DNA of 63,776 bases, the filler included, from Malassezia furfur (taxonomy: Eukaryota): NCBI GenBank assembly GCA_052055015.1. It is 2 parts of 2 records of this genome, joined end to end, with 100 filler letters (N's around TTAATTAATTAA, not from the genome) between each part and the next. Parts side by side here need not be neighbours in the genome. Positions count along the whole stretch, not along the records: positions 31,956 to 63,776 come from JBQJIT010000091.1; 1 more part is not named here. The stretch is one strand, 5' to 3'. How positions within the stretch are numbered: position 1 is the stretch's first letter; each line of letters opens with the position of its first letter. The notes below the pieces were generated by a model. It saw only the letters and a list, made by a program, of their open reading frames with translations, did not search any database and had not been told where the DNA came from. Shown here one piece after another: positions 49,214 to 58,034 of this stretch. The position numbers and the translations under genes are program-made.

Positions 49214-52009
49214 ATGGCGACGTGGAATCCGCAGCCCGAGGGTCTCGCGGAGCTCGTTGAGCTGTTTCGGCAGTCTACGAGCACGGAGCGCGATGTACAG
49301 CGGCGCATCGCCGAGCGGCTCGACGCGATCAGCCAAATCCCCGACTATGTCAACTACCTCGTGCTCGTCTTTGTCCAGATGACGCAGGAAGAAGTGTCGA
49401 CGCGCAGCGTTGCGGGCCTGCTCGCCAAGAACCACTTGTACTTTAACTACCAGCGCGTCTCGCCCGAGTCGCTCGAGTACGTAAAAGGCATGGTGCTGCC
49501 CGCTCTATCCTTCTCCGACACCGTTCTCCGTAACGTCGCGACGCAGCTTGTGTCGGTCATCATCCAGGTAGTGAAGCCGGCCAACTGGGTCGAGGCACTC
49601 TCGGTGCTCACGCAGGCCATGGACTCGTCGAACGTCGATGAGGCCGAGGCGGCCCTCTCCACGCTCGCCAAGATCAGCGAAGACATGCCTGAGCAGCTCG
49701 ATGCGTGCGAGATCAACGGCGTGCGCCCGCTCGACGTGCTCATCCCCAAGCTGCTCCAGGCGACGGCGCACAGCGACACGCGCATCCGCGTGCACGCGCT
49801 CAACGCGCTCAACCAGTACATCCAGATCGGCTCGCCGTCGATGAACGCCAACGTCGACGCCTACGTCGCGGCGCTCTTCCAGCGCGCCAGCGACGAGCGC
49901 CCGGTGGTGCGCAAGTTTGTGTGCAAGGCGCTCGTGTTTGTTCTGAGCACCTGGCCGGAGAAGTTGGCACCCGAGATGAACAACCTCGTGGAGTACATGC
50001 TCTACTCCATGCAGGACAAGGACGAGGATGTGGCGCTCGAGGCCGCCGAGTTCTGGCTGCAGTTTGCCGAGGAGACGCGGCTCGCGGACCAGCTGCGCCC
50101 GTACCTCCCGCGCGTCATACCCGTGCTGCTCAAGTGCATGGTATACAGCGAACTGAGCCTGCTGCTGCTCGGCGAGTCGAACGACGACGCAGCACAGCCC
50201 GATCGTCCCGAAGACATCAAGCCGCGGCACTACGGCGGCACGACGCACCGCAGCGAGCGCATCGCGACCGAGGAGGGCGAGGCGTCCGCACAGGGCATGA
50301 CGCACCGCTCGCGCGCGGCGATCGACGCCGAGTTTGATGAGGAGAACGAGGAGGACGATGAGGACGACGAGGACGACGAGGACGACGACGAGGATGACGA
50401 CGCGCTTGGCTCGTGGAACCTGCGCAAGTGTTCCGCAGCGGCGCTCGACGTGCTCGCCGTGCACTTCCACGAGGAGATTTTGCCGACGCTCCTCCCCCTG
50501 CTCAAGGAGCGCCTCTTCTCCGAGGACTGGGTGCAGCGCGAGGCGGGCATCTTGGCGCTCGGTGCGATCGCCGAGGGGTGCATGAGCGGCATCGAGCCGC
50601 ACCTGCCGACGCTCGTCCCGATGCTGCTCACCATGCTGCAGGACAAGCAGCCGCTCGTGCGCAGCATCACGTGCTGGACGCTCGGGCGCTACTCGTCGTG
50701 GTTTGCAGGCGACGTCTCGCAAGAGCACTTGCAGCAGTACTTTGTGCCCACGCTCGAGGGCCTGCTCACCATGGTGCTCGACAACAACAAGCGCGTCCAG
50801 GAGGCCGGGTGCAGCGCGTTTGCCACGCTCGAAGAAGAGGTGGGCGCGACGCTTGCGCCCTACCTCGGCCCTGTGCTGCAGACGCTCGTGATGGCGTTTG
50901 ACCGCTACCACCAAAAGAACATGCTGATCCTCTACGATGCCGTCGGCACGCTCGCGGACAGCGTGGGCCCTGCGCTGAACCAGCCGCAGTACATTGAGCT
51001 GCTCATGGGGCCGCTCACCGCCAAGTGGGCATCGTTGGACGACACGGACCCCGACTTGATCCCGCTGCTCGAGTGCCTCGCCTCGGTGACGATCGCGATG
51101 GGCACGGGCTTTGCGCAGTACGCGTTGCCCGTGTACCAGCGGTGTCTGTCGATCATCCACGCAAACCTCGCCGCCTACGAGCAGGCAGCGGCGCACCCCG
51201 ACGCGGACGACGATGTGCCGGACCACACGTTCCTGATCGTGGCGCTCGATCTGCTCAGCGGGTTGAGCCAGGGGCTCGGCGCGAGCATGGCCGAGCTCGT
51301 GGCCAACGGGCAGCCGCCGCTCTTGCCGCAGCTGCAGCCGTGCCTGACGAACCCCGAGGCGCCCGTGCGACAGAGCGCCTATGCGCTGCTGGGCGACCTG
51401 GCCATCTCGGCGTTTGCGCAGCTGCGACCGTTCCTGCCCACGTACATGCCGCTGCTCCTCGCGCAGATCGACCCCGAGCAGAAGCACGAGACGCTCAGCG
51501 TGTGCAACAACGCGACGTGGGCCGCGGGCGAAATTGCGCTACAGTACGGCCGCGACGACCCCGAGCTGCACCAGTGGATCCCCGAGCTGCTGACGAAGCT
51601 GATTGCGATCCTGCGGCACCCCAAGAGCGTCAAGAGCCTCTCGGAGAATGCCGCGGTGACCATCGGCCGGCTGGGGCTTGTGGCGCCGCAGGCGGTGGCG
51701 CCGCACCTCGCCGTCTTCCTCGAGCCGTGGTGCCGCGCGCTGTGGGACATCAAGGACAACGACGAAAAGGACTCGGCCTTTTTGGGCCTGTGCGAGATGA
51801 TCAAGACGAACCCGAACGGCGCGACGCAGGGCTTTGCCTTCTTCTGCAACGCCGTCGTCCGCTGGCAAAAGCCGAGCGCGCAGCTCAACGAGCGCTTTGC
51901 CGAGATCCTCCACGGCTTCCGCCAGATGAGCGGAGACAAGTGGGGCGAGACCAAGGCCCAGTTCCCCCCCCTGATCCAGCAGCGGCTGCAGGAGCGCTAC
52001 GGGGTGTGA
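49214..52009 (+). CDS. KAP104: Transportin-1 / karyopherin beta-2
   Basis: W.PQ..GL, HEAT repeats, DIKPR followed by an acidic H8 loop, WNLRKCSAAALDVLA, LGAIAEGC and ENAA.TIGRLG. Confidence 0.95.
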   Translation: MATWNPQPEGLAELVELFRQSTSTERDVQRRIAERLDAISQIPDYVNYLVLVFVQMTQEEVSTRSVAGLLAKNHLYFNYQRVSPESLEYVKGMVLPALSFSDTVLRNVATQLVSVIIQVVKPANWVEALSVLTQAMDSSNVDEAEAALSTLAKISEDMPEQLDACEINGVRPLDVLIPKLLQATAHSDTRIRVHALNALNQYIQIGSPSMNANVDAYVAALFQRASDERPVVRKFVCKALVFVLSTWPEKLAPEMNNLVEYMLYSMQDKDEDVALEAAEFWLQFAEETRLADQLRPYLPRVIPVLLKCMVYSELSLLLLGESNDDAAQPDRPEDIKPRHYGGTTHRSERIATEEGEASAQGMTHRSRAAIDAEFDEENEEDDEDDEDDEDDDEDDDALGSWNLRKCSAAALDVLAVHFHEEILPTLLPLLKERLFSEDWVQREAGILALGAIAEGCMSGIEPHLPTLVPMLLTMLQDKQPLVRSITCWTLGRYSSWFAGDVSQEHLQQYFVPTLEGLLTMVLDNNKRVQEAGCSAFATLEEEVGATLAPYLGPVLQTLVMAFDRYHQKNMLILYDAVGTLADSVGPALNQPQYIELLMGPLTAKWASLDDTDPDLIPLLECLASVTIAMGTGFAQYALPVYQRCLSIIHANLAAYEQAAAHPDADDDVPDHTFLIVALDLLSGLSQGLGASMAELVANGQPPLLPQLQPCLTNPEAPVRQSAYALLGDLAISAFAQLRPFLPTYMPLLLAQIDPEQKHETLSVCNNATWAAGEIALQYGRDDPELHQWIPELLTKLIAILRHPKSVKSLSENAAVTIGRLGLVAPQAVAPHLAVFLEPWCRALWDIKDNDEKDSAFLGLCEMIKTNPNGATQGFAFFCNAVVRWQKPSAQLNERFAEILHGFRQMSGDKWGETKAQFPPLIQQRLQERYGV

Positions 52010-52079
52010 TATATATACCATCCAAGACCTCAAAGAAGACCCACATAGATTGCGCGCCCGGTAGTTGTCTCGCTACCCA

Positions 52080-53741
52080 CTAGTCCTCGTCCCAGTTGGG
52101 GTTTTTGCCGGGCGCCTTGATGCCCGTCGGCTTACTCATGATGATCGAGTCCACCTTGAGCACGTCGATCGCGGCGTTCGTCGCGTACCGGATCGCCCAG
52201 TGCTTCGCGACAAGCACGTCAAAGATTTGTGCGTGCACCGTCGAGACGATGCCACCCTCCTCGTTGTCGACGTCCACACCGACGTCGGCCGCGTCGGCGT
52301 CCGCGTGCTTCGCCAGCAGGCGGCCCACCACGTCGGTCGCGTCGAGCCCGGCCGTCTCGGCGAGCGTGCGGGGGATCACCTGGAGCGCCTCGCCAAACTT
52401 TTTGATCGCGTGCTGGTTCAGGCCGGGCGTCTTGTCGCCATACTCCATCACGCGCCGCGCGAGCTCAATCTCGCTCGCACCCGCACCGGGCACAAGCCGC
52501 GGGTCGCGCGTGAGCGCCTTGACTGCATTGATGCCGTCGTCGATCGTGCGCTCCAGGTCGTCCAGGTAGCTCGTCGTCGCGCCACGCAGCACGATCGTCG
52601 CCAGACGGGGGTTCGACTTGCCACCAGGCTGCCCCTCCTCCTGGCGGAAGACGGTGACACGGTCGCCACCAATCTCGGTGGTCTCAACCAGGTCCACAAA
52701 GCCGGCCTCTTCGGCCATCGGCGCGCCCAGACGCGCGAGAGGCGTCGCGCCCACGAGGCGGCACAGGCGCTGCACATCAAACTTGGACGGCACCTTGATC
52801 ACCAAGATGCCCATGCGGTTCAGGTAGTGCAGCGCCAGGTCGCCCACGGTGCTCTGCGACACCACCACCCGGACGTCGGCCTCGGCGAGCTCCGTAATGA
52901 TCTTCTCGAGCTGCTGCTCCTCGCCCCGCGAAAACGTGCGCAGCTCCTCCGCATTGTGCAGCAGCACCGTGCCCTTGGTCTCGGTCTGCGAGATGTCAAT
53001 CCCGCACGAGAACACGGCCACCTTGGCACCGCGCGCCGACTTGACAATCCCCTCGGGCTCGCGGCCAAACACCATGCCGCGGACCACACGGCTCTGGGCA
53101 AGGCTGCCACCCATGATCTTGACCACCCGCACGTTGTCCACGCTCAGGTCGCGCAGCGTGTCGCGCGACGGCAGCACCAGGTGCACCGCCTGCGCCACCA
53201 GCGGCGCCAGCACATTTTCCGCGCCGTACTGTTGCGACGCCAGCGCAGGGCGCAGCGCGAGCGCCAGTGACTCTTGCGACGGCGGCGACGAAAGCGCCGC
53301 AATCGACAGCGACTCGAGCTGCTCCAGCGCACGGTCACGCGCCAGCTCGTAGCCCTGCACAATCTCCATCGGGTGCAGACCAAGCGTGATGAGCGACTCC
53401 GCCTTGCGCAGCAGTTCGCCAGCAAGGATGAGCACAAAGTTGGTGCCGTCGCCCATTTCTGCCTCCTGCTGCTGCGACGCAAACACAAGAAGTTTGGCCG
53501 CTGGGTGCACGACGTCCATCTCGCGGATGATCGTCGCGGCGTCGCTCGTCACAAAGAGGCGACCCAGGTGGTTCACAATGAGCTTGTTGCGCCCCAGCGG
53601 ACCGAACGACGTGCGCACAATGTCGGTCAGCTCATTTGACGCCTGAATGTTACGCAGAACGGCCTCCTCGATGCCCTGCAGATGCTTGTACCCATCCTTG
53701 AACAGGTTCGGACCGCCTGCCCGCGGAACTTGCAGCGTCAT
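52080..53741 (-). CDS. CCT8: Chaperonin CCT theta subunit
   Basis: EAVLRNI.A, TS.GP.GRNK, GDGTN, ETKGTVL, SKF...RLCR, C-terminal IIMSKP.G.K...N.NWDED. Confidence 0.95.
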   Translation of the reverse strand: MTLQVPRAGGPNLFKDGYKHLQGIEEAVLRNIQASNELTDIVRTSFGPLGRNKLIVNHLGRLFVTSDAATIIREMDVVHPAAKLLVFASQQQEAEMGDGTNFVLILAGELLRKAESLITLGLHPMEIVQGYELARDRALEQLESLSIAALSSPPSQESLALALRPALASQQYGAENVLAPLVAQAVHLVLPSRDTLRDLSVDNVRVVKIMGGSLAQSRVVRGMVFGREPEGIVKSARGAKVAVFSCGIDISQTETKGTVLLHNAEELRTFSRGEEQQLEKIITELAEADVRVVVSQSTVGDLALHYLNRMGILVIKVPSKFDVQRLCRLVGATPLARLGAPMAEEAGFVDLVETTEIGGDRVTVFRQEEGQPGGKSNPRLATIVLRGATTSYLDDLERTIDDGINAVKALTRDPRLVPGAGASEIELARRVMEYGDKTPGLNQHAIKKFGEALQVIPRTLAETAGLDATDVVGRLLAKHADADAADVGVDVDNEEGGIVSTVHAQIFDVLVAKHWAIRYATNAAIDVLKVDSIIMSKPTGIKAPGKNPNWDED

Positions 53742-54255
53742 CGTGTCGAAGAACGCGCAATAAGCCGGCGAGGAAGTATGTCGTGGAATTACGTGGAGGG
53801 CGCGAGTGTGGCCCAAGCTCGTGCGCACGGCAGGCCGGCGTCGCCGCATGGACACGCGCGCATCACGAGGCGCTAGCTATGTACAAGGCTGTATACGTGT
53901 TGTGATCTATGTACCAGTGCGGTGTACGAGGACCCGCGGCGTACTATACGTTCAACGCATCAAAGGACGCCCAAATTCGTATGGCAAGACGCCAAACGCT
54001 CCAGCGGTCCAGTCCGGGTCTCCCACAAGTGCCGCGATGACGCTTGTCTCATGCACTCATACGAGTGACCTATGTATAACTGCCTGAATGCAGCCGACTC
54101 CTGCGCACATCATCCCTGCGCGTACGGTTCCACCCTCCGCGAGGTCGAGCCCTAGGGTTGCTGACTAAACCGATCGCCATGGCCCGAGCTCTCGGACTTA
54201 GCGAATTTGGACTCCGACGCACCGATCAGTCCTTCGACGTCTCAAAATTGCCACC

Positions 54256-55524
54256 ATGTCTGAGTCTACGTACGACGCTGTTCTCTACGGAGCCACGGGT
54301 TTCACGGGTAGCCTCGCGGCTCAGTATCTTGCGGCGCACCCCAAGGCGCCCAAGGTCGCCTTCGCCGGACGGAATGCTGCCAAGCTCCGCGACGTTCGCG
54401 ACAAGCTCGTCGACGTTCCCAAGTCGCGTCTCGACAGCATCGGTATCATCGAGGCCTCGGCCTCCGACAAGGCAAGCCTGCAGCGTCTTGCTCGTTCGGC
54501 CAAGGTTGTGATCAACATGGTCGGTCCGTACGGACAGCTGGGTGGTTTTGAAGTTGCACAGGCCTGCGTGGAGGCCGGCACGGGCTATGTCGATCTGACC
54601 GGCGAGTCCGATGTGTACGCGCGCATTACGCGCGAGCTGCATGGCCAGGCAAAGCAGACAGGTGCGGTGATTGTGCCGTCGTCCGGCTTCGACTGCCTTC
54701 CGTTCGACCTCGGCACCTACTTTGCCGTGAAGGAGGTCAAGAAGGTGCTTGGCGACGAGGCGGATGTCGACCACGTCCTGCTCGGCTACAAGATCAAGGG
54801 CGGCATGTCGGGAGGCACGCTTGCGAGCATGATCAACATGCGTAATGATCCGGATGCGCTCTTGTACAACAAGCCGTACTGGTTCAGCCCGATCCAGGGC
54901 ACGCAGCAGCTGAAGCCGTACATGACTCGCTTCCTGCCGCAGTTTAACACGTACGGTGCATTCGGCCTGTTTGCGGCGCACAACACCCGCGTCGTGAACC
55001 GTACGTGGGGCCTCTTGGAGGACGCGCGTGCGCCGAGCCGCTACGGCTCGACTTTCCAATACCTGGAGGGCGTCGTTGCGCCGTCCTACTTTGCGGCATT
55101 CCTGATGGCGACGGTCATGAAGCTCCTTTCGTGGCTCATTCTGCACGTCGCGCTTGTGGGCCAAGGCCTGCAGAAGCTTCTGCCGCAGGGCACCGGTCCC
55201 TCGATGGAGGAACAGCTGAAGGGCTTTGGCTACGTCCGTACGGTCGCCTACGGCCGTGACGGCCGCACGAAGGGTTTGTCGACCTTCTACGTGAAGGGTA
55301 ACCCCGGCTACCTGAAGACGGCCGCGTTCATCTCGGAGACGGCTCTGACGATTGCCCTCGAGAAGGACCGCCTGTCGCCGCTCGCGAAGCAGGGTGGTGT
55401 CTTGACGCCTGCCACGATCGGTGCCGAAGTGCTTGCGGAGCGTCTGGGTAACTTTGCCAACGTCGAAATCAAAATGGCCAACGTCACGAACGACGCCGAC
55501 TTGACCAAGGCACTTGCCAAGTAG
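54256..55524 (+). CDS. Saccharopine dehydrogenase-like oxidoreductase (SCCPDH / trans-acting enoyl reductase family), copy 1
   Basis: YGATGFTG, AGRN..KL, GPY, YVDLTGE, SGFDC.P.D, SGGT, N.R.V.RTWG, G.PGY..TA and GGVLTPA. Confidence 0.88.
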   Translation: MSESTYDAVLYGATGFTGSLAAQYLAAHPKAPKVAFAGRNAAKLRDVRDKLVDVPKSRLDSIGIIEASASDKASLQRLARSAKVVINMVGPYGQLGGFEVAQACVEAGTGYVDLTGESDVYARITRELHGQAKQTGAVIVPSSGFDCLPFDLGTYFAVKEVKKVLGDEADVDHVLLGYKIKGGMSGGTLASMINMRNDPDALLYNKPYWFSPIQGTQQLKPYMTRFLPQFNTYGAFGLFAAHNTRVVNRTWGLLEDARAPSRYGSTFQYLEGVVAPSYFAAFLMATVMKLLSWLILHVALVGQGLQKLLPQGTGPSMEEQLKGFGYVRTVAYGRDGRTKGLSTFYVKGNPGYLKTAAFISETALTIALEKDRLSPLAKQGGVLTPATIGAEVLAERLGNFANVEIKMANVTNDADLTKALAK

Positions 55525-55766
55525 ATATGCCTGGCTTTTCGGTAATGCGTAGTAGCTCCTCATGTACTGTACAGAGCAGCGCAGATGCTATATTAGACAA
55601 AGCTCTTTAAAAACGTCACCGACCAAGTGTTCCGCACAATGAATTCGTGGGGAGCTGGGAGAGGTCCGTGCGCGAAATTGGGTAATTGGCAGACGAGGCA
55701 CAAACCCAAAATGGGCCTGCCCGGGCTTAATTTTCAACATCCGCTAGTATATCGGACTAAGCCACA

Positions 55767-57041
55767 ATGAGTGCGCCTCCCTTCGACGTCACAGTGTATG
55801 GCGCTACCGGGTTTACCGGGAAACTGATTTCGCAATATCTTGCGACTCATCCTGAAGCCCCTAAGCTCGTGCTTGCGGGGCGCAACCCTGAGAAGCTACA
55901 GGCGACGCTGAACCAACTGCATGGGCTCTCAAAGGAGCGTCTCGAGACTATCACTCTTGTGCAGGCCACTGTGGACAACAAGCAGAGCCTGGCGCATTTG
56001 GCACGCACCTCCAAAGTCTTGATCAACGCTGCGGGTCCATACACGTTGCATGGCGGCTTTGACATTGCTCAGGCCGTGACCGAAGCGGGAAATGCGTACT
56101 TGGACCTCACAGGCGAAACGAGCCTGTACGCACGCATGGTGGAGAAGCTTCACCCCATTGCGAAGCAGAACAAAGCAATTATCGTTCCTTCAGCAGGTTT
56201 TGACTCGCTTCCGTTCGATCTCGCGACCTTTTTGGCTGTTGAAGAGGTGAAGAAAGTGGCAGGCGTTGAGTCGGCGGTGAGCAAAGTGCTCGTGGGCTAC
56301 CGTTTGCGTGCAAGTGTGTCGGGTGGCACGGTGTACAGCGGCCTGGTTGCCTGTGAAGAGGATCCTACGTCACTGCGCAACGACCGGCCCTACTGGTTCA
56401 GTCCCGTGAAAGGAACGCAAGTGCGTGCGGGTACAATGCCGCGCTTCATGCCTCAATTTGGCAAGTATGGAACGGAGATCATGCTCTCCACCCACAACAC
56501 GCGCATCGTCAACCGTACGTGGGGTCTTCTCGAAGAGTCCCACGTTCCTATCCGGTACGGACCTAATTTCCAGTACGAGGAAGGGCTGGTGATTCCCTCC
56601 TACATCTTGGCGCTGTTCATGACCATGTTCCTACACGTATTTGCATTCCTCTTGGAGCATTGCACCTTCGTGGTCCGTCTCATGAGCAAGTTCATCCCGC
56701 CTGGTAGTGGGCCGTCGATTGAGGAGCAGCTGAAAGGCTACGTGGAATTGCGTGCGCTTGCGTTTGGACAGGACGGCAAGACCAAGGGTCTCTCTACGTT
56801 CTACACCAAGGGCGATCCTGGCTACCTCAAGACGGCTGCCTTCATTTCGGAGGCAGGCCTGTCCATTGCGCTGAACCCCGAGCTGCTCTCGCCTCTGGCG
56901 CAACAGGGTGGTGTGCTGACGCCTGCCATTTTGGGCACCGAAATCCTGCGTGATCGCCTGACCAAGTTCGCGGGGGTTTCCATTCATGCAACGGATGTTA
57001 CCCATGCTGAGAACATCCCGAAAGTGTTTGCTCGTGGATAG
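55767..57041 (+). CDS. Saccharopine dehydrogenase-like oxidoreductase, copy 2
   Basis: Same motifs as copy 1 and colinear with it; codon usage is visibly less GC-biased. Confidence 0.88.
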   Translation: MSAPPFDVTVYGATGFTGKLISQYLATHPEAPKLVLAGRNPEKLQATLNQLHGLSKERLETITLVQATVDNKQSLAHLARTSKVLINAAGPYTLHGGFDIAQAVTEAGNAYLDLTGETSLYARMVEKLHPIAKQNKAIIVPSAGFDSLPFDLATFLAVEEVKKVAGVESAVSKVLVGYRLRASVSGGTVYSGLVACEEDPTSLRNDRPYWFSPVKGTQVRAGTMPRFMPQFGKYGTEIMLSTHNTRIVNRTWGLLEESHVPIRYGPNFQYEEGLVIPSYILALFMTMFLHVFAFLLEHCTFVVRLMSKFIPPGSGPSIEEQLKGYVELRALAFGQDGKTKGLSTFYTKGDPGYLKTAAFISEAGLSIALNPELLSPLAQQGGVLTPAILGTEILRDRLTKFAGVSIHATDVTHAENIPKVFARG

Positions 57042-57286
57042 ACAGGTACAATAGCAGTTCTGTAAGCGCGAAGTTTTGATCAAGTCGATTCGCTTTCTTG
57101 CTACAGGCGCGGCGCGAATCCCCGACGGTCATATAATATGCTATTCCAAAAATGGGCGGAATTTGGTCATTTTTGTTTTCCCCGCAAGTGCACCAACTCT
57201 TGATGGTACCTGACCCACACACAAGCCGGGTTTCGCGTTAGAAAACTCGTTTACGTTGGGTATATACAACTACACACCGTCTCATT

Positions 57287-57988
57287 CTATCCCAGCTCGA
57301 CCGTCTTGCGCGCCTTGTGTTTCCGCGTCGCACGCGCGGGGAGTGTATATCGCATTTGGTTTCCATAGAGTTCGAACATGAGGCGTGGCGCATCTGCCCC
57401 AGATGTTGCCGGAATCGTGACTTGGAACACAGTGTTTTGCTTTGGTATCATCCGCACACGGTCGCTGTTTTCTGGGACAAGCAAGAATGTCTCGTGCGTC
57501 TCCTGCACAACGATGCCATGCAGGTGGATGAGGGTAGGGTTGGTGGATTGAACCACGGTGAGCTTTGCGCCAATCCAATCGGCCTTGAGCAAAGTATTTT
57601 GGATTGCCTGCATCTGCGACACACCACTGACGCTTTGCGTCAATGCGCCCGCAGGATCAGGTCCCGACGCCAAGTCGGGTAGGCTCACGAGATCTTGCAC
57701 GTATTTCAGCCACAAGTTGTACAAAGGGACCGCATTTGCGTATGGCAAGCTGCGTGGGCGCGGCGGCACACCCGTGTGCCGCGTCTGTGGGGCACTCTTT
57801 CCCTGGGCGCGGCGCATGCGCCGTTTAGCACGCTCCGCCTGCCGCTCGAGTACGGCAGAGGCCGGGCGCGGTGCTGCGCGGTCTACATTGGCGAGCTGGA
57901 TGCGTTTCCCCTGGACACGCGTGTCGTAGTGCTCGCTCGTGCCCGCCGGCGGCGTCAAGATGGCCTCAAACACCTCGCGTCCGTCCAT
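57287..57988 (-). CDS. POP4: RNase P/MRP subunit Pop4/Rpp29
   Basis: PLY.LW..Y..DL, LLKAD..GA.L.VV.S.NP, GIVVQET..TF, IPK..TVF, LYG and RA.RK.K. Confidence 0.88.
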   Translation of the reverse strand: MDGREVFEAILTPPAGTSEHYDTRVQGKRIQLANVDRAAPRPASAVLERQAERAKRRMRRAQGKSAPQTRHTGVPPRPRSLPYANAVPLYNLWLKYVQDLVSLPDLASGPDPAGALTQSVSGVSQMQAIQNTLLKADWIGAKLTVVQSTNPTLIHLHGIVVQETHETFLLVPENSDRVRMIPKQNTVFQVTIPATSGADAPRLMFELYGNQMRYTLPARATRKHKARKTVELG

Positions 57989-57992
57989 CGTA

Positions 57993-57998
57993 CACGTG
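57993..57998. promoter_or_regulatory. CACGTG E-box in the 46-bp POP4/RCC1-PHD divergent promoter
   Basis: CACGTGAC between the ATGs at 57988 and 58035. Confidence 0.55.
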
Positions 57999-58034
57999 AC
58001 CAAAAACGAAACGCGCCTCGACGCGAGGGTCTAT

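Noticed and set aside
50335..50401. GAG/GAC/GAT triplet repeat
   Set aside because: It encodes the normal acidic H8 loop of transportin.
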